Below are positions 1 through 9,666 of a DNA stretch of 64,000 nucleotides, piece by piece. The notes under the pieces are model-generated. The model saw nothing but the letters and a program-made list of their open reading frames with translations. It searched no databases and was not told the origin of the DNA. The DNA lies in assembly GCA_963422265.1 (NCBI GenBank), contig OY729416.1, forward strand, positions 288,001-352,000, in the 5' to 3' direction. How positions within the stretch are numbered: position 1 is the first letter of the stretch; each line of letters opens with the position of its first letter. Position numbers and translations under genes: made by a program. Origin of the DNA: Thermodesulfobacteriota bacterium (GTDB lineage Bacteria > Desulfobacterota_D > UBA1144 > Nemesobacterales > UBA2774).

Positions 1-90
1 ATTAGATTCATACCAGAGGCAAGACACGACTGTATGGAAAATCCGGACTTTACAGTGGATGTTCTGGTTGATTGGCTTTCCCAGTTTTAA
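1..90 (+). CDS. 3' end of a gene entering from the left, possibly an alpha/beta-hydrolase (partial)
   Basis: Frame 1 reads IRFIPEARHDCMENPDFTVDVLVDWLSQF-stop (TAA 88-90), resembling the catalytic-His/last-helix end of alpha/beta-hydrolases. Confidence 0.4.
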   Translation: MRFIPEARHDCMENPDFTVDVLVDWLSQF

Positions 91-175
91 CATTATTTTT
101 GATTTCGCTTGCCAACGCTTCTAAACCCTATTATAAAATTACCTTTGATTAAATACTTGCCCGCCGAGGAATTGA

Positions 176-1465
176 ATGCCTGAGCTCAAGATAATTCGTA
201 ATTATTCTGGAGTAGCCGATTCGCACACTATTGACTCATATATGTCCAGAGGGGGCTATATGGCTCTTCCTAAGGTGCTTAAGAATGACCCCGAAGAGGT
301 GATTGAAGAAATAAGAAAGTCAGAGCTAAGGGGGCGGGGTGGGGCGGGTTTTCCTACTGGGATGAAGTGGGGATTTATACAGCGAGACTCGAAGAAACCC
401 ATATACCTTTGCTGCAATGCGGATGAAAGCGAGCCGGGAAGTTTTAAGGATAGAGAGATAATTGAGCAGGATCCACATCAGTTATTAGAGGGAATTATTA
501 TTGCCTGCTATGCTATAAACTCACGTAAATCTTATATATACATCAGGGGAGAGATGCCTTATGGAGCGTCTATTATTGAGAATGCTATCAGCGAGGCTTA
601 TAACAAAGGTTATCTAGGCAATAATATACTCAACTCGGGGTTCAACCTGGACGTGTCTTTATTCAGAGGCGCAGGGGCATATATATGCGGAGAAGAGACC
701 GGTCTTCTAGAATCTATAGAGGGTAAAAACGGAGAACCTAGACCTAAACCCCCATTCCCCGCGCAGATCGGACTTTTCGGATGTCCGACGATTGTTAATA
801 ACGTGGAAACTCTTGCCTGCGTTCCTCATGTTATGAATAGGGGGGCGGATTGGTTTTTGGGTATAGGCATGCCTAAGAATACCGGGACTAAAATATACGG
901 CTTGTGCGGGAACGTTCGCAAGCCTGGGCTTTACGAGCTACCTTTAGGAATATCTCTTCGTCGGTTAATTGATGAGTACGGAGAGGGCGTGCCAAACGGC
1001 AGGAAGATCAAAGCGATCTCTCCTGGCGGTTCTTCAGCACCTCTTCTGACTGCCGAGGAGATTGGTATAAGGATGGATTTTGATTCTCTATCAAAAGTAG
1101 GTTCAATGCTCGGAACGGCGGGAGTAACCGTGATGGACGATACTGCCTGCATGGTAAGGGTCGCTCAGAATCTGGCGCACTTTTATAGAGACGAGTCTTG
1201 CGGTCAGTGCGTTCAGTGTAGAGAGGGAACGTGGTGGCTTGAAAAGATGCTTACGATGATTGAGCAGGGAAAGGGTAGGATGGAGTATATAGATACTTTG
1301 CTTGATGCCTGCTCTCAAATGAGGGGAACGACTATATGCGCCCTTGCAGATGGTTGCGCTATGCCAGTTGAGTCTATTGTGAAAAAATTCCGGGGTGAGT
1401 TTGAAGATCACGTAAAGCTTGGCAAATGTCCTTTTGAAAGGGCTTCTATGGGTAGCTGGTCTTGA
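176..1465 (+). CDS. nuoF: NADH-quinone oxidoreductase subunit F (FMN/N3 cluster)
   Basis: GRGGAGFPTG, NADESEPG, GAGAYICGEETGL, ESCGQCVQCREG and TICALAD motifs; GAGGA RBS. Confidence 0.95.
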   Translation: MPELKIIRNYSGVADSHTIDSYMSRGGYMALPKVLKNDPEEVIEEIRKSELRGRGGAGFPTGMKWGFIQRDSKKPIYLCCNADESEPGSFKDREIIEQDPHQLLEGIIIACYAINSRKSYIYIRGEMPYGASIIENAISEAYNKGYLGNNILNSGFNLDVSLFRGAGAYICGEETGLLESIEGKNGEPRPKPPFPAQIGLFGCPTIVNNVETLACVPHVMNRGADWFLGIGMPKNTGTKIYGLCGNVRKPGLYELPLGISLRRLIDEYGEGVPNGRKIKAISPGGSSAPLLTAEEIGIRMDFDSLSKVGSMLGTAGVTVMDDTACMVRVAQNLAHFYRDESCGQCVQCREGTWWLEKMLTMIEQGKGRMEYIDTLLDACSQMRGTTICALADGCAMPVESIVKKFRGEFEDHVKLGKCPFERASMGSWS

Positions 1466-1519
1466 GTGAACTATTTGTCAATTTTGAGTTGTTAAATACT
1501 AACAACTGGAAACTATAAG

Positions 1520-1747
1520 CTATTGAGATTTTCCGTTTTTCCCAGAGCTAGCACTTGGGGGTTCGGCATCCTTATCCTGAATAGACGTTTGGTCATCCTG
1601 GGGTTCATCGTCTTTAAGGGATTTTCTAAAGCCTTTTATCCCCTTTCCTAATGACGAACCTATGTCTCCTAGTCTGCTAGGCCCAAAAATCAAAAGTAGG
1701 ATCACCAGTACAATTATAAGTTCCCAAATTCCGAAGCCGCCTATCAT
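1520..1747 (-). CDS. tatA: Twin-arginine translocase TatA/TatE subunit
   Basis: [42 protein letters not shown]; start moved to ATG 1747. Confidence 0.92.
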   Translation of the reverse strand: MIGGFGIWELIIVLVILLLIFGPSRLGDIGSSLGKGIKGFRKSLKDDEPQDDQTSIQDKDAEPPSASSGKNGKSQ

Positions 1748-1872
1748 TGTGAATACAACCTCATAATGATGTATATTAACGATATGCTTAGTTAAAGTCA
1801 ACTAGCCATATAGGATTCAATTGTGCAAGCTATGATATTACTTGTATAATGTTGTTAGGATGGAAGTGACTT

Positions 1873-2274
1873 ATGAGTCAAGATAGCTCTAATAGATCTG
1901 GGGAACGCGGAGTTGGAAAGCAAAGAGACATTTCGGACGTGGCGAGACAAGCGGGTCTGCTTATTCCCGTGTACGTTACTTCAACGGTGTGGGACAATTG
2001 GGTAACGCCTGACAGAAAGAGTATTGAGGATGGGGAAAATGAGGGAACGAGGGTAAGAAGCGTATTAGATAAACTCCTATACTATATCAGGGTACACCGC
2101 CAAACCAGCAGGTCAAACCTAATTTATTTTCCTGTCCCGCTAACAAAAGACGGGAAGTCAGAGAACGTGCAGTTGTTGTCCCATTTAGGTCCAGTGGATC
2201 AAGGTGATGATAGACCCTGTATCACTATAATGATGCCAGAAGACTATGATTCACTGCCAACGACTGCTCACTGA
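1873..2274 (+). CDS. DUF6573-like hypothetical protein
   Basis: DISDVARQAGLLIPVYVTSTVWDNWV ... LGPVDQGDDRPCITIMMPED resembles the DUF6573 pattern as recalled. Confidence 0.6.
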   Translation: MSQDSSNRSGERGVGKQRDISDVARQAGLLIPVYVTSTVWDNWVTPDRKSIEDGENEGTRVRSVLDKLLYYIRVHRQTSRSNLIYFPVPLTKDGKSENVQLLSHLGPVDQGDDRPCITIMMPEDYDSLPTTAH

Positions 2275-2347
2275 TTTACAATCCCTTCACACTATTTTTA
2301 CGAACAGGCTTAATTCCTTGCATGGGTTCTTGCTGAATTATTGAGGT

Positions 2348-2560
2348 TCAATTCATAACGGCTGCGGTAGCGAAAATGAGACTTATGAGTATAAACAATG
2401 AGATTATGATAATCATAATAATTGGGAGATCAGAATTGTATCCCTTGTGCGCATTTGGAACGCTTGATTGCGCAAAACTCTGCCTTCTTTCCATTAGCCC
2501 TTTAGGAGCAATAGTGTTTTCTTTTGTTTTTATATCTTTTTTTGTTCCTTCGTTAGGCAT
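2348..2560 (-). CDS. Small hypothetical membrane protein (C-terminal TM helix)
   Basis: GAGGA RBS just before ATG; C-terminal hydrophobic stretch. Confidence 0.55.
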   Translation of the reverse strand: MPNEGTKKDIKTKENTIAPKGLMERRQSFAQSSVPNAHKGYNSDLPIIMIIIISLFILISLIFATAAVMN

Positions 2561-2604
2561 CTTATCCTCACTTTATCACTTCTCCATTTATGAGCGGATT
2601 CAGT

Positions 2605-3057
2605 TCATGTCAGGGGTCCGAAAGCGTATTCCTGAGCTACCTTGAGCTGATATTCGAGCTCTTTAGTTAGCCTTCTTTGCAAGTCGCTCCATGCGATCAT
2701 ACCGTGGTAATCTCCATTTTTGTCCAGTATGAAAAGGTGTGATATGTTATGCGTGTTCATTAACCCAAGACATTCTACAAAGGTAGAATCAAGTCTAACG
2801 GTGTGCATTGTGGTGGTCATTATATCTTTTACCCTTATCTCGGATGGTTTTCGCCCCAGGGCTACTACCTTGGTTGAGAAATCGGTGTGGCCTATGACAC
2901 CTACCATTTTTCCATTACTGTTTACGCCCGTAGTCCTTATTTTGAAATTCCTTAGCTTGAGTGCTGCTACATCGGCAGTATCTTCAGCATCCACGAAAAA
3001 CAATTTGTCTCTAAGTCCTATTAGATCACGCACTTTCAAGTTTTCTAGCATTGACAC
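2605..3057 (-). CDS. CBS domain pair protein
   Basis: VGVIGHTD..RVKDIMT..CLGLMNTHNISHL..GMI; GGAGG RBS. Confidence 0.88.
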   Translation of the reverse strand: MSMLENLKVRDLIGLRDKLFFVDAEDTADVAALKLRNFKIRTTGVNSNGKMVGVIGHTDFSTKVVALGRKPSEIRVKDIMTTTMHTVRLDSTFVECLGLMNTHNISHLFILDKNGDYHGMIAWSDLQRRLTKELEYQLKVAQEYAFGPLT

Positions 3058-3317
3058 TACCTCCTAATCAGTGGATTTGATATACGAATAATTATATCCA
3101 TTAAACTATATTTATTTATATCTAGCCATACTTAATCACTGATCTCACGAAACATTATAACAAAAAGTCTATAATTTTGCACCCCTTTTTACAGAACTAT
3201 TTCTTGAACTCTCCTAACGCACTGCTTGAGAAACTCAAGGCGATGGCTAGATAAGCTAGTCTGGGTACTAAGCTTCACATTGATTTTAAATTTTTATTAG
3301 GTAACATTCTAATATGG

Positions 3318-3338
3318 AAAGCGGGCGCGTCCCGCTTT
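3318..3338 (+). promoter_or_regulatory. rimP-leader-like hairpin
   Basis: AAAGCGGG-CGCGT-CCCGCTTT followed by TT, directly upstream of rimP-nusA-infB. Confidence 0.6.
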
Positions 3339-3379
3339 TTGATTTTGTAGGTCGTGTAAAAATTAGGTCGTGTAAAAAT

Positions 3380-3847
3380 ATGAGTTCTGTTGGAGATATA
3401 ATTTTTGACGTTAAGGAGCTTCTTGAGCCGCTTCTATTGGATAGAAGCCTAGAGCTTTGTGATATTGAGCTTAAAGGGCGAAATAAAAAGAAGCTCTTAA
3501 GAATATTTATAGATAAAGAAGGTGGCGTAACAATTGATGATTGTGCGGCTGTAAGTAGGGATCTTGGCACATTGCTTGATGTGCATGATATAATGCCCGA
3601 TTCTTCATATACTCTTGAGATTTCTTCTCCTGGGGTTACGAGAGCCCTTAAAAAACCTAGTGATTACGTAAGGTTCAGAGGTAAGAAAGTGAAGATAGAA
3701 ACGGACACTCTTATAAAAGATAAAGGCGTGTTTGTTGGTATTCTGGGTGGGTTTAGTGATGACGTTGTGAGTGTCGAGATTGAAGAAGTAACTTATTTAA
3801 TACCCTATGATCAAATACGAAGGGCTAATCTGGAGTTGGATTTTTAG
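3380..3847 (+). CDS. rimP: Ribosome maturation factor RimP
   Basis: LRIFIDKEGGVTIDDCAAVSR, YTLEISSPG..R.L; upstream of nusA; ATG 3380 chosen. Confidence 0.93.
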   Translation: MSSVGDIIFDVKELLEPLLLDRSLELCDIELKGRNKKKLLRIFIDKEGGVTIDDCAAVSRDLGTLLDVHDIMPDSSYTLEISSPGVTRALKKPSDYVRFRGKKVKIETDTLIKDKGVFVGILGGFSDDVVSVEIEEVTYLIPYDQIRRANLELDF

Positions 3848-3861
3848 AAGGAGACTGACAA

Positions 3862-5205
3862 ATGGTGCTAAGCACTGAGCTAACGCGTGTTATGGATTCT
3901 TTATGTAGGGATAAAGGCATAGATAGAGAGGAGATCGTTCTTGCGGTTGAGGATGCAGTGCTCTCTGCCGCGCAGAAACTCTTTCGTATGCGGGATAAAG
4001 ATAAGGAGCTTGAAGTGCACTTTAATGGCGAGGAAGGTGACATTGAGCTCTTTGAGTTTAAGGTAGTCGTCAGTGATATAGAGGATCCTGACGTGGAGAT
4101 AAGTATTGATGACGCTACTAGACTCGATCCCGAAGCGGAGATTGGCGATCAGATCGGCGTGAAAATCAATCCTGATTTCACGAGAATTGCGATACAAAAT
4201 GCGAAGCAAAGAATACTTCAGAGTATCAAAGAAATTGAGGGAAGGATTATCTCTGAGGAGTTTAAGAACAGAAAGGGAGAACTTATTAGCGGTATTGTTA
4301 GAAGGATTGAAAGAAGGAATATTATTGTCGATCTGGGAAAGACGGAAGCCATTCTACTCCCTGAGCATCAGGTGCCAAGGGAATATTACAAACCTAAAGA
4401 GCGTCTAAGGGCTCTACTTGTTGACATTAAGGAAACAAAACGAGGTCCCCAGCTAATACTTTCCCGTTCGGATAAGGATTTTGTGAGAAAGCTCTTTGAA
4501 TCTGAAGTTCCTGAGCTCGGAGAGCAGATCCTTCAGATTAAATCAATAGCAAGAGACCCCGGAGGTAGGACTAAAATTGCAGTTGCCTCAATAGATCAAG
4601 ATGTGGATCCTGTGGGTGCTTGCGTAGGTATGCGTGGCGTTAGAGTTCAAAACGTTATACAAGAGTTAAGGGGCGAGAAGATAGATATAATAGCTTGGTC
4701 TCCTGACCCTGCGAAGTTCGCGTGTAACGCCTTATCCCCTGCGCAGGTCAGTAAAGTGATTATAGACGATGGAAATAAATCGCTCGAAGTTATAGTAGAT
4801 GATGACCAGTTGTCATTGGCTATTGGCAGGAGGGGGCATAACGTCCGGCTTGCCTCTCAGTTGGCCGATTGGAAAATTGATATTAAAACTGAATCCCAAA
4901 TTAAACAAGAGCAGCATGATATTGTAGCTTTGTTCATGTCACTGCCCAACGTTAAAGAAGTTACGGCGAACTTGTTGTATGGAGAGGGTTTTCAAAGCTT
5001 AGAGGACGTGGCTTTTTCAGATCCAGAGACACTAATACGCGCCGGGGGTTTAAAAGATCAAGATGGAGCAGAGGAGCTACAGACAGCGGCACGACTGGCA
5101 TTAAAAGATAGATTAGACCAGATATCCGTTGAGGAGACGGAGCAGTTAAGCCTAGGGGACGAATCAGAATCAGAACCTCAGGGAGAGGGACTTTCGGGAC
5201 AGTAA
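3862..5205 (+). CDS. nusA: Transcription termination/antitermination factor NusA
   Basis: S1 and KH domains, ARDPGGRTKIAV, DPVGACVGMRG, LAIGRRGHNVRLA. Confidence 0.97.
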   Translation: MVLSTELTRVMDSLCRDKGIDREEIVLAVEDAVLSAAQKLFRMRDKDKELEVHFNGEEGDIELFEFKVVVSDIEDPDVEISIDDATRLDPEAEIGDQIGVKINPDFTRIAIQNAKQRILQSIKEIEGRIISEEFKNRKGELISGIVRRIERRNIIVDLGKTEAILLPEHQVPREYYKPKERLRALLVDIKETKRGPQLILSRSDKDFVRKLFESEVPELGEQILQIKSIARDPGGRTKIAVASIDQDVDPVGACVGMRGVRVQNVIQELRGEKIDIIAWSPDPAKFACNALSPAQVSKVIIDDGNKSLEVIVDDDQLSLAIGRRGHNVRLASQLADWKIDIKTESQIKQEQHDIVALFMSLPNVKEVTANLLYGEGFQSLEDVAFSDPETLIRAGGLKDQDGAEELQTAARLALKDRLDQISVEETEQLSLGDESESEPQGEGLSGQ

Positions 5206-5282
5206 TATGACGTTGTAGTATGTTTATGGTAACATCCTTCCACAGAGTAAGTTGAGAAATAGTTAAATTGGTGAATTCAAAT

Positions 5283-7964
5283 ATGGCAAACGTTAGAGTT
5301 TATGAGCTCGCTCGCAGATTATTGAACGAGTGGAAACAAGAGATAACCCAGAAAATCTTGAGAGAAACGAATAAAAGGGTATTAGAAGTTGCGAGAGGGC
5401 TTGGGATTTCTGTAAAAGGTTCTACTAGTTCTGTTTCTTTGGATGAAGCGAAAAAGATAGAGAATAGAATCAATAACTCGCATAGTGCGAAAGCCCAATC
5501 GCAGGAGCCTATAGCCGAGCAAGAAGAGAAAGTGCGAGTTTTTAAGTCTGAGAGCGGCGCCGAGGTTGTTGAAAGACGCAAGGGTGGGAGGGTGATATTA
5601 CGCAGAAAGAAAAAAGTGATAGAGGAGCCTGAGCAGGTTGATTTGGTAAAACAGAGAGTTGAACTGGAAGTGGGTTCTGAACAAGAGGAAGGAGCTTCTG
5701 TAATAGTTAGAGAGGCTACTAGCGTTGGAGAGAAAATGGAAATGTCTGGGAGTCCCGTAATTGAGGTCGAGGCTGATAATGCTCTAGTGGATGGGTCTAA
5801 GAGCAGTGACGTTATTGAGGAATCAGAACAAGGTAAGGGTTTAGAAGATGCCAGCGTAGGATCGTCTTTAGATGAGGAAAGGAATGAACGGTCTGCGAAA
5901 GAGGGTGTAGAGGATGCTGGTAAAAAGTCTAAGAAAAAAGGGAAAAAAGCTAAACCTGTAAGGGAAGAAATTATAGATGAAGACGCCCTGGAGGAGCTTA
6001 GAAAAGCCTTCAGAGCTAAATTGCCTGGTAGAAGAAGAGAGTATTTAGTTGAAGATAGACCTTCAAAGAATAGCCCTTCCGTTAGTCATGTTCGCAGCAG
6101 GGGGAGAGCTTTTAATAAAGATGTAAGAAAAGCGACTGGGGTAAGGAGATCCAATATAAAGGGTGCGGAATCCGCCGAGGTAATACCATTTCCTTCTGTT
6201 AAACCCGGGAAGAGAAACATTAGGATTGGCGAGTCAGTTCAAGTTGCTGAGCTCGCTAAGTTAATGGGAGTTAAAGCGGGAAAACTGATAAAGAGGCTAA
6301 TTTCTCTGGGTGTCAAAGCTACTATTAATCAGGCTTTGGATCCCGAGACTGCTACAATAGTGGCAGAAGATTTCGGTTATAATGTCCTAGTTGACGTCTT
6401 TAAGGAAGAGCATCATCTTTTAGAAGAAACTCGGGATTTGTCCGAACAGAATTTAACCCCTCGCCCACCAGTGGTTACTGTTATGGGGCACGTGGATCAC
6501 GGTAAGACTACTCTTCTAGATTCTATTAGACAAACGAACGTCGTTGAGGGAGAAGCTGGTGGCATAACGCAGCACATTGGGGCGTATTCCGTGGATGTGG
6601 ATGGGAGGAAGGTATCGTTTATAGATACGCCGGGTCACGAAGCTTTTACTGCTATGAGAGCACGCGGCGCCAAGGTTACGGACGTTGTAGTGCTGGTTGT
6701 AGCTGCTGATGACGGCGTAATGCCGCAGACAGTGGAAGCTGTGAACCATGCGAGGTCTGCCGACGTTCCTATCATAGTGGCTATAAATAAAATTGATAAA
6801 CCTGAAGCCGACAAGGATAAGATCCTCAGGCAGTTGTCTGAGATAGGTCTGGTTTCAGAAGAGTGGGGGGGCGATGCTTTATTTGCTGAGGTGTCAGCAA
6901 AGCGGAAGACAGGTATTAAAGAGTTATTAGATTTGATTTTACTGCAGGCGGATATTCTAGAGCTAAGGGCAGATAGTGCAATTAGGGCAAATGGTTTTGT
7001 AGTTGAGGCGGTGCTTGATAAGGGCAGGGGTCCTATAGCCACCGTATTAGTAATTGAAGGGACGCTGAATATAGGGGATTACCTCGTTGCAGGCACGACT
7101 TACGGAAAGGTGAGGGCGTTAATTAACGATAAGGGAGTTAGGGTAAATAGCTCTGGACCCTCAATGCCCGTTGAAATAATGGGTCTTTCAGGAGTTCCTG
7201 AAGCTGGAGAGAGATTTTACGTTGTTAAAGATGAGAAGTCAGCCAAAGGAGTCGTTACTTACAGAGAGATGAAACAAAGGGAGAGGGCTGCGGCTAAAGA
7301 AAAGAAACCTTCACTTGAGAATTTGTTTGATTCGCTTGAGGGGGATGAAGCGAAAGAGCTTGCACTGATAATTAAGGCGGATACTCAGGGATCCGTAGAA
7401 GCGATAGCTGAGTCGGTCAATAAGCTGAGCACGGAGAAATGTCAGGTAAAGATAATCCATACCGGGGTTGGGAGCGTGAGCGAAACGGACGTGAATCTCG
7501 CGAGCGCATCCTGCGCTGTAATTTTAGGGTTCAATATCAGACCTGATCATAAGGTCCTTGATGCCTCCGCTAGACAAGGCATCTCACTTGAACTGCATAC
7601 CATTATATATGAGGTCATAGATAGGGTAAGAAGCGCAATGGAAGGACTGCTTGATCCTATCTTAGAAGAAAAAATTACGGGTCACGCGGAAGTGAAGGAT
7701 ACTTTCAACATATCTAAAGTAGGCACCATAGCGGGATGTATGATTAGTGATGGAAAGGTAACAAGAGACAGTAAAATAAGGCTTTTGAGGGATGGCGTGA
7801 TTGTTTTTGACGGGCAGATCGATTCGCTTAGGCGTTTTAAGGATGATGTAGGGGAGGTAGTAGCGGGTTTTGAATGCGGAATTGGGATTAAAAGGTTTAA
7901 TGACATAAAGGTTGGCGACACGCTTGAATTTCACACTGTTGAAGAGTTCAAGCAGGAACTCTGA
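5283..7964 (+). CDS. infB: Translation initiation factor IF-2
   Basis: RVYELA N-terminus, GHVDHGKTT, DTPGHEAF, NKID; ATG 5283 preferred over TTG 5268. Confidence 0.97.
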   Translation: MANVRVYELARRLLNEWKQEITQKILRETNKRVLEVARGLGISVKGSTSSVSLDEAKKIENRINNSHSAKAQSQEPIAEQEEKVRVFKSESGAEVVERRKGGRVILRRKKKVIEEPEQVDLVKQRVELEVGSEQEEGASVIVREATSVGEKMEMSGSPVIEVEADNALVDGSKSSDVIEESEQGKGLEDASVGSSLDEERNERSAKEGVEDAGKKSKKKGKKAKPVREEIIDEDALEELRKAFRAKLPGRRREYLVEDRPSKNSPSVSHVRSRGRAFNKDVRKATGVRRSNIKGAESAEVIPFPSVKPGKRNIRIGESVQVAELAKLMGVKAGKLIKRLISLGVKATINQALDPETATIVAEDFGYNVLVDVFKEEHHLLEETRDLSEQNLTPRPPVVTVMGHVDHGKTTLLDSIRQTNVVEGEAGGITQHIGAYSVDVDGRKVSFIDTPGHEAFTAMRARGAKVTDVVVLVVAADDGVMPQTVEAVNHARSADVPIIVAINKIDKPEADKDKILRQLSEIGLVSEEWGGDALFAEVSAKRKTGIKELLDLILLQADILELRADSAIRANGFVVEAVLDKGRGPIATVLVIEGTLNIGDYLVAGTTYGKVRALINDKGVRVNSSGPSMPVEIMGLSGVPEAGERFYVVKDEKSAKGVVTYREMKQRERAAAKEKKPSLENLFDSLEGDEAKELALIIKADTQGSVEAIAESVNKLSTEKCQVKIIHTGVGSVSETDVNLASASCAVILGFNIRPDHKVLDASARQGISLELHTIIYEVIDRVRSAMEGLLDPILEEKITGHAEVKDTFNISKVGTIAGCMISDGKVTRDSKIRLLRDGVIVFDGQIDSLRRFKDDVGEVVAGFECGIGIKRFNDIKVGDTLEFHTVEEFKQEL

Positions 7965-7975
7965 TAATCTGTTAA

Positions 7976-8269
7976 TTGATGATAATTGGGGTGCTTAGAG
8001 TTGATTTATATATCGATGGGGCTAGATCCTTAAAAGATAAGCGTCGGATATTAAAGGGGCTTATTCAGAGAGTAAGATCCAAGTTCAACAACGTTTCAAT
8101 ATCTGAAGTAGGGTCAAACGATCTTTGGCAGAAAGCTACTATAGGTGTTTCGGTCGTGAGTAATGAAACTCGTTTTGTAAATTCAGTTTTGGATAAGGCT
8201 ACGGACTTTATAAATTCTACGGGATTGGTTCGGATAGGAAACCGCAAGTTAGAGATAATTCATTTTTAG
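7976..8269 (+). CDS. DUF503 (YlxP) family protein
   Basis: SLKDKRR..KFNNVSISEV..DLWQ; sits between infB and rbfA. Confidence 0.88.
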   Translation: MMIIGVLRVDLYIDGARSLKDKRRILKGLIQRVRSKFNNVSISEVGSNDLWQKATIGVSVVSNETRFVNSVLDKATDFINSTGLVRIGNRKLEIIHF

Positions 8270-8279
8270 GAGAGCAGAC

Positions 8280-8660
8280 TTGGTAGTTTCCTTCAAGAGG
8301 TCAGAAAGGGTCTCAGATGAAATAATGAAAGAAGTCTCCGGTATGATAGTGAGGGGTGAGATTAGAGATCCGCGCGTGTGTTCCGTATATGTTACAGGGG
8401 CTAAGGTCTCCGATAATCTTAGCGTTGCGGATTTATATTTTACTGTTATAGACGAAGGTGATGCTGATAAACATATTCCTTCATCCAAGCGGAGAGAAGA
8501 GGCGCTTAGAGGACTAGAGAGGGCAAAAGGATTCATTAAAAGCAAGCTTGCCAAGAGATTAAGAATGCGAAAGATTCCTGATTTAAGATTTGGATTTGAT
8601 TCTGCCCTTGAGGAGGCTTATAAAGTGGATGAGGCATTAAGGGGAATTAGCAGTGAATAG
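8280..8660 (+). CDS. rbfA: 30S ribosome-binding factor A
   Basis: RSERV..IRDPR..AKGFIKS.LAKRLRMRKIPDLRF. Confidence 0.93.
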   Translation: MVVSFKRSERVSDEIMKEVSGMIVRGEIRDPRVCSVYVTGAKVSDNLSVADLYFTVIDEGDADKHIPSSKRREEALRGLERAKGFIKSKLAKRLRMRKIPDLRFGFDSALEEAYKVDEALRGISSE

Positions 8661-9666
8661 CGATCTCGAAAAAATTTCCTCTCTGGTGAGGAAATCGCGC
8701 AAATTTCTTATTACTTCCCATAGAAATCCAGACGCCGATGCTATAGGCTCGATGCTTAGTTTAGGCTTGGGTCTCGAGCAAATGGGGAAAGATGTCCTGT
8801 TCTACAATAAAGATGGAGTTCCAGAGGCTCTCAGGTTTTTGCCTTGCTCTGAGCGAGTTGTTAGCTCTTTAGAAAGAATAGAAGGGGATTTCGACGTTGC
8901 CATTGCGGTTGATTCCGCTGGGCTAAACAGGGTCGGACGGGAATTTGTAGATTTTACTAGTAGAGGAAGGTGTAGATATGCGGTGATTATTGATCATCAT
9001 CAAACAAGCCATTCCTCGGTGGACGTCTGCTTGCTTGATAAAGGAGCACCCTCAACTGGGGTGATTATTTACGATATTCTACAGTACTTATCAATAAAAA
9101 TAGATGGCAGGGTTGCTACCAATCTTTATGCTACCATACTTGGCGACACGGGATCTTTTAGATATTCAAATGCGACCCATAAAGCGTTTGTCGTCGCGGC
9201 GGAGCTGGTTCGATCAGGTGCTAAACCCGATGAAATTTCTCAGGCGCTCTATGAAAACGAGCCTCTTCGTAAATTCAAGCTTCTCGGCTTTGCCTTGCCT
9301 ACGCTGGACGTCTTGGACGACTATGCAGTTGCTTACATTATCGTTGATAAAGCGATGTTTCGTAACGCAAGAGCCGGTAGGGAGGATACGGAAGGTATGG
9401 TGAACTTTCCTAGAAGTATTACGGGGGTTGAGGTTGCGGTGCTTTTCAGGCAAGAGGGGGATGATGGTAACGGGAGAGTTGACTGGAAAATAAGCCTTAG
9501 ATCTAAGGGCAATGTTGACGTATCAAGTATAGCTGAGGGCTTTGGCGGTGGTGGACATAAAAACGCCGCGGGATGTTCTATTATAGGGGATATAAAAACT
9601 GTCAAGGGTAAGGTGTTTGATTCTATAAGGCATGCACTTGACTACAATCGGGATAAGGTTTTTTGA
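8653..9666 (+). CDS. nrnA: DHH/DHHA1 bifunctional oligoribonuclease/PAP phosphatase
   Basis: HRNPDADAIGS, IDHH, DTGSF, GGGGHKNAAG. Confidence 0.9.
   Translation: MNSDLEKISSLVRKSRKFLITSHRNPDADAIGSMLSLGLGLEQMGKDVLFYNKDGVPEALRFLPCSERVVSSLERIEGDFDVAIAVDSAGLNRVGREFVDFTSRGRCRYAVIIDHHQTSHSSVDVCLLDKGAPSTGVIIYDILQYLSIKIDGRVATNLYATILGDTGSFRYSNATHKAFVVAAELVRSGAKPDEISQALYENEPLRKFKLLGFALPTLDVLDDYAVAYIIVDKAMFRNARAGREDTEGMVNFPRSITGVEVAVLFRQEGDDGNGRVDWKISLRSKGNVDVSSIAEGFGGGGHKNAAGCSIIGDIKTVKGKVFDSIRHALDYNRDKVF

Noticed and set aside
3314-3379. Longer N-termini in the ORF track for rimP (also tatA, folE, hemC and the globin)
   Set aside because: The extensions overlap leaders or neighbouring genes; downstream starts match family N-termini
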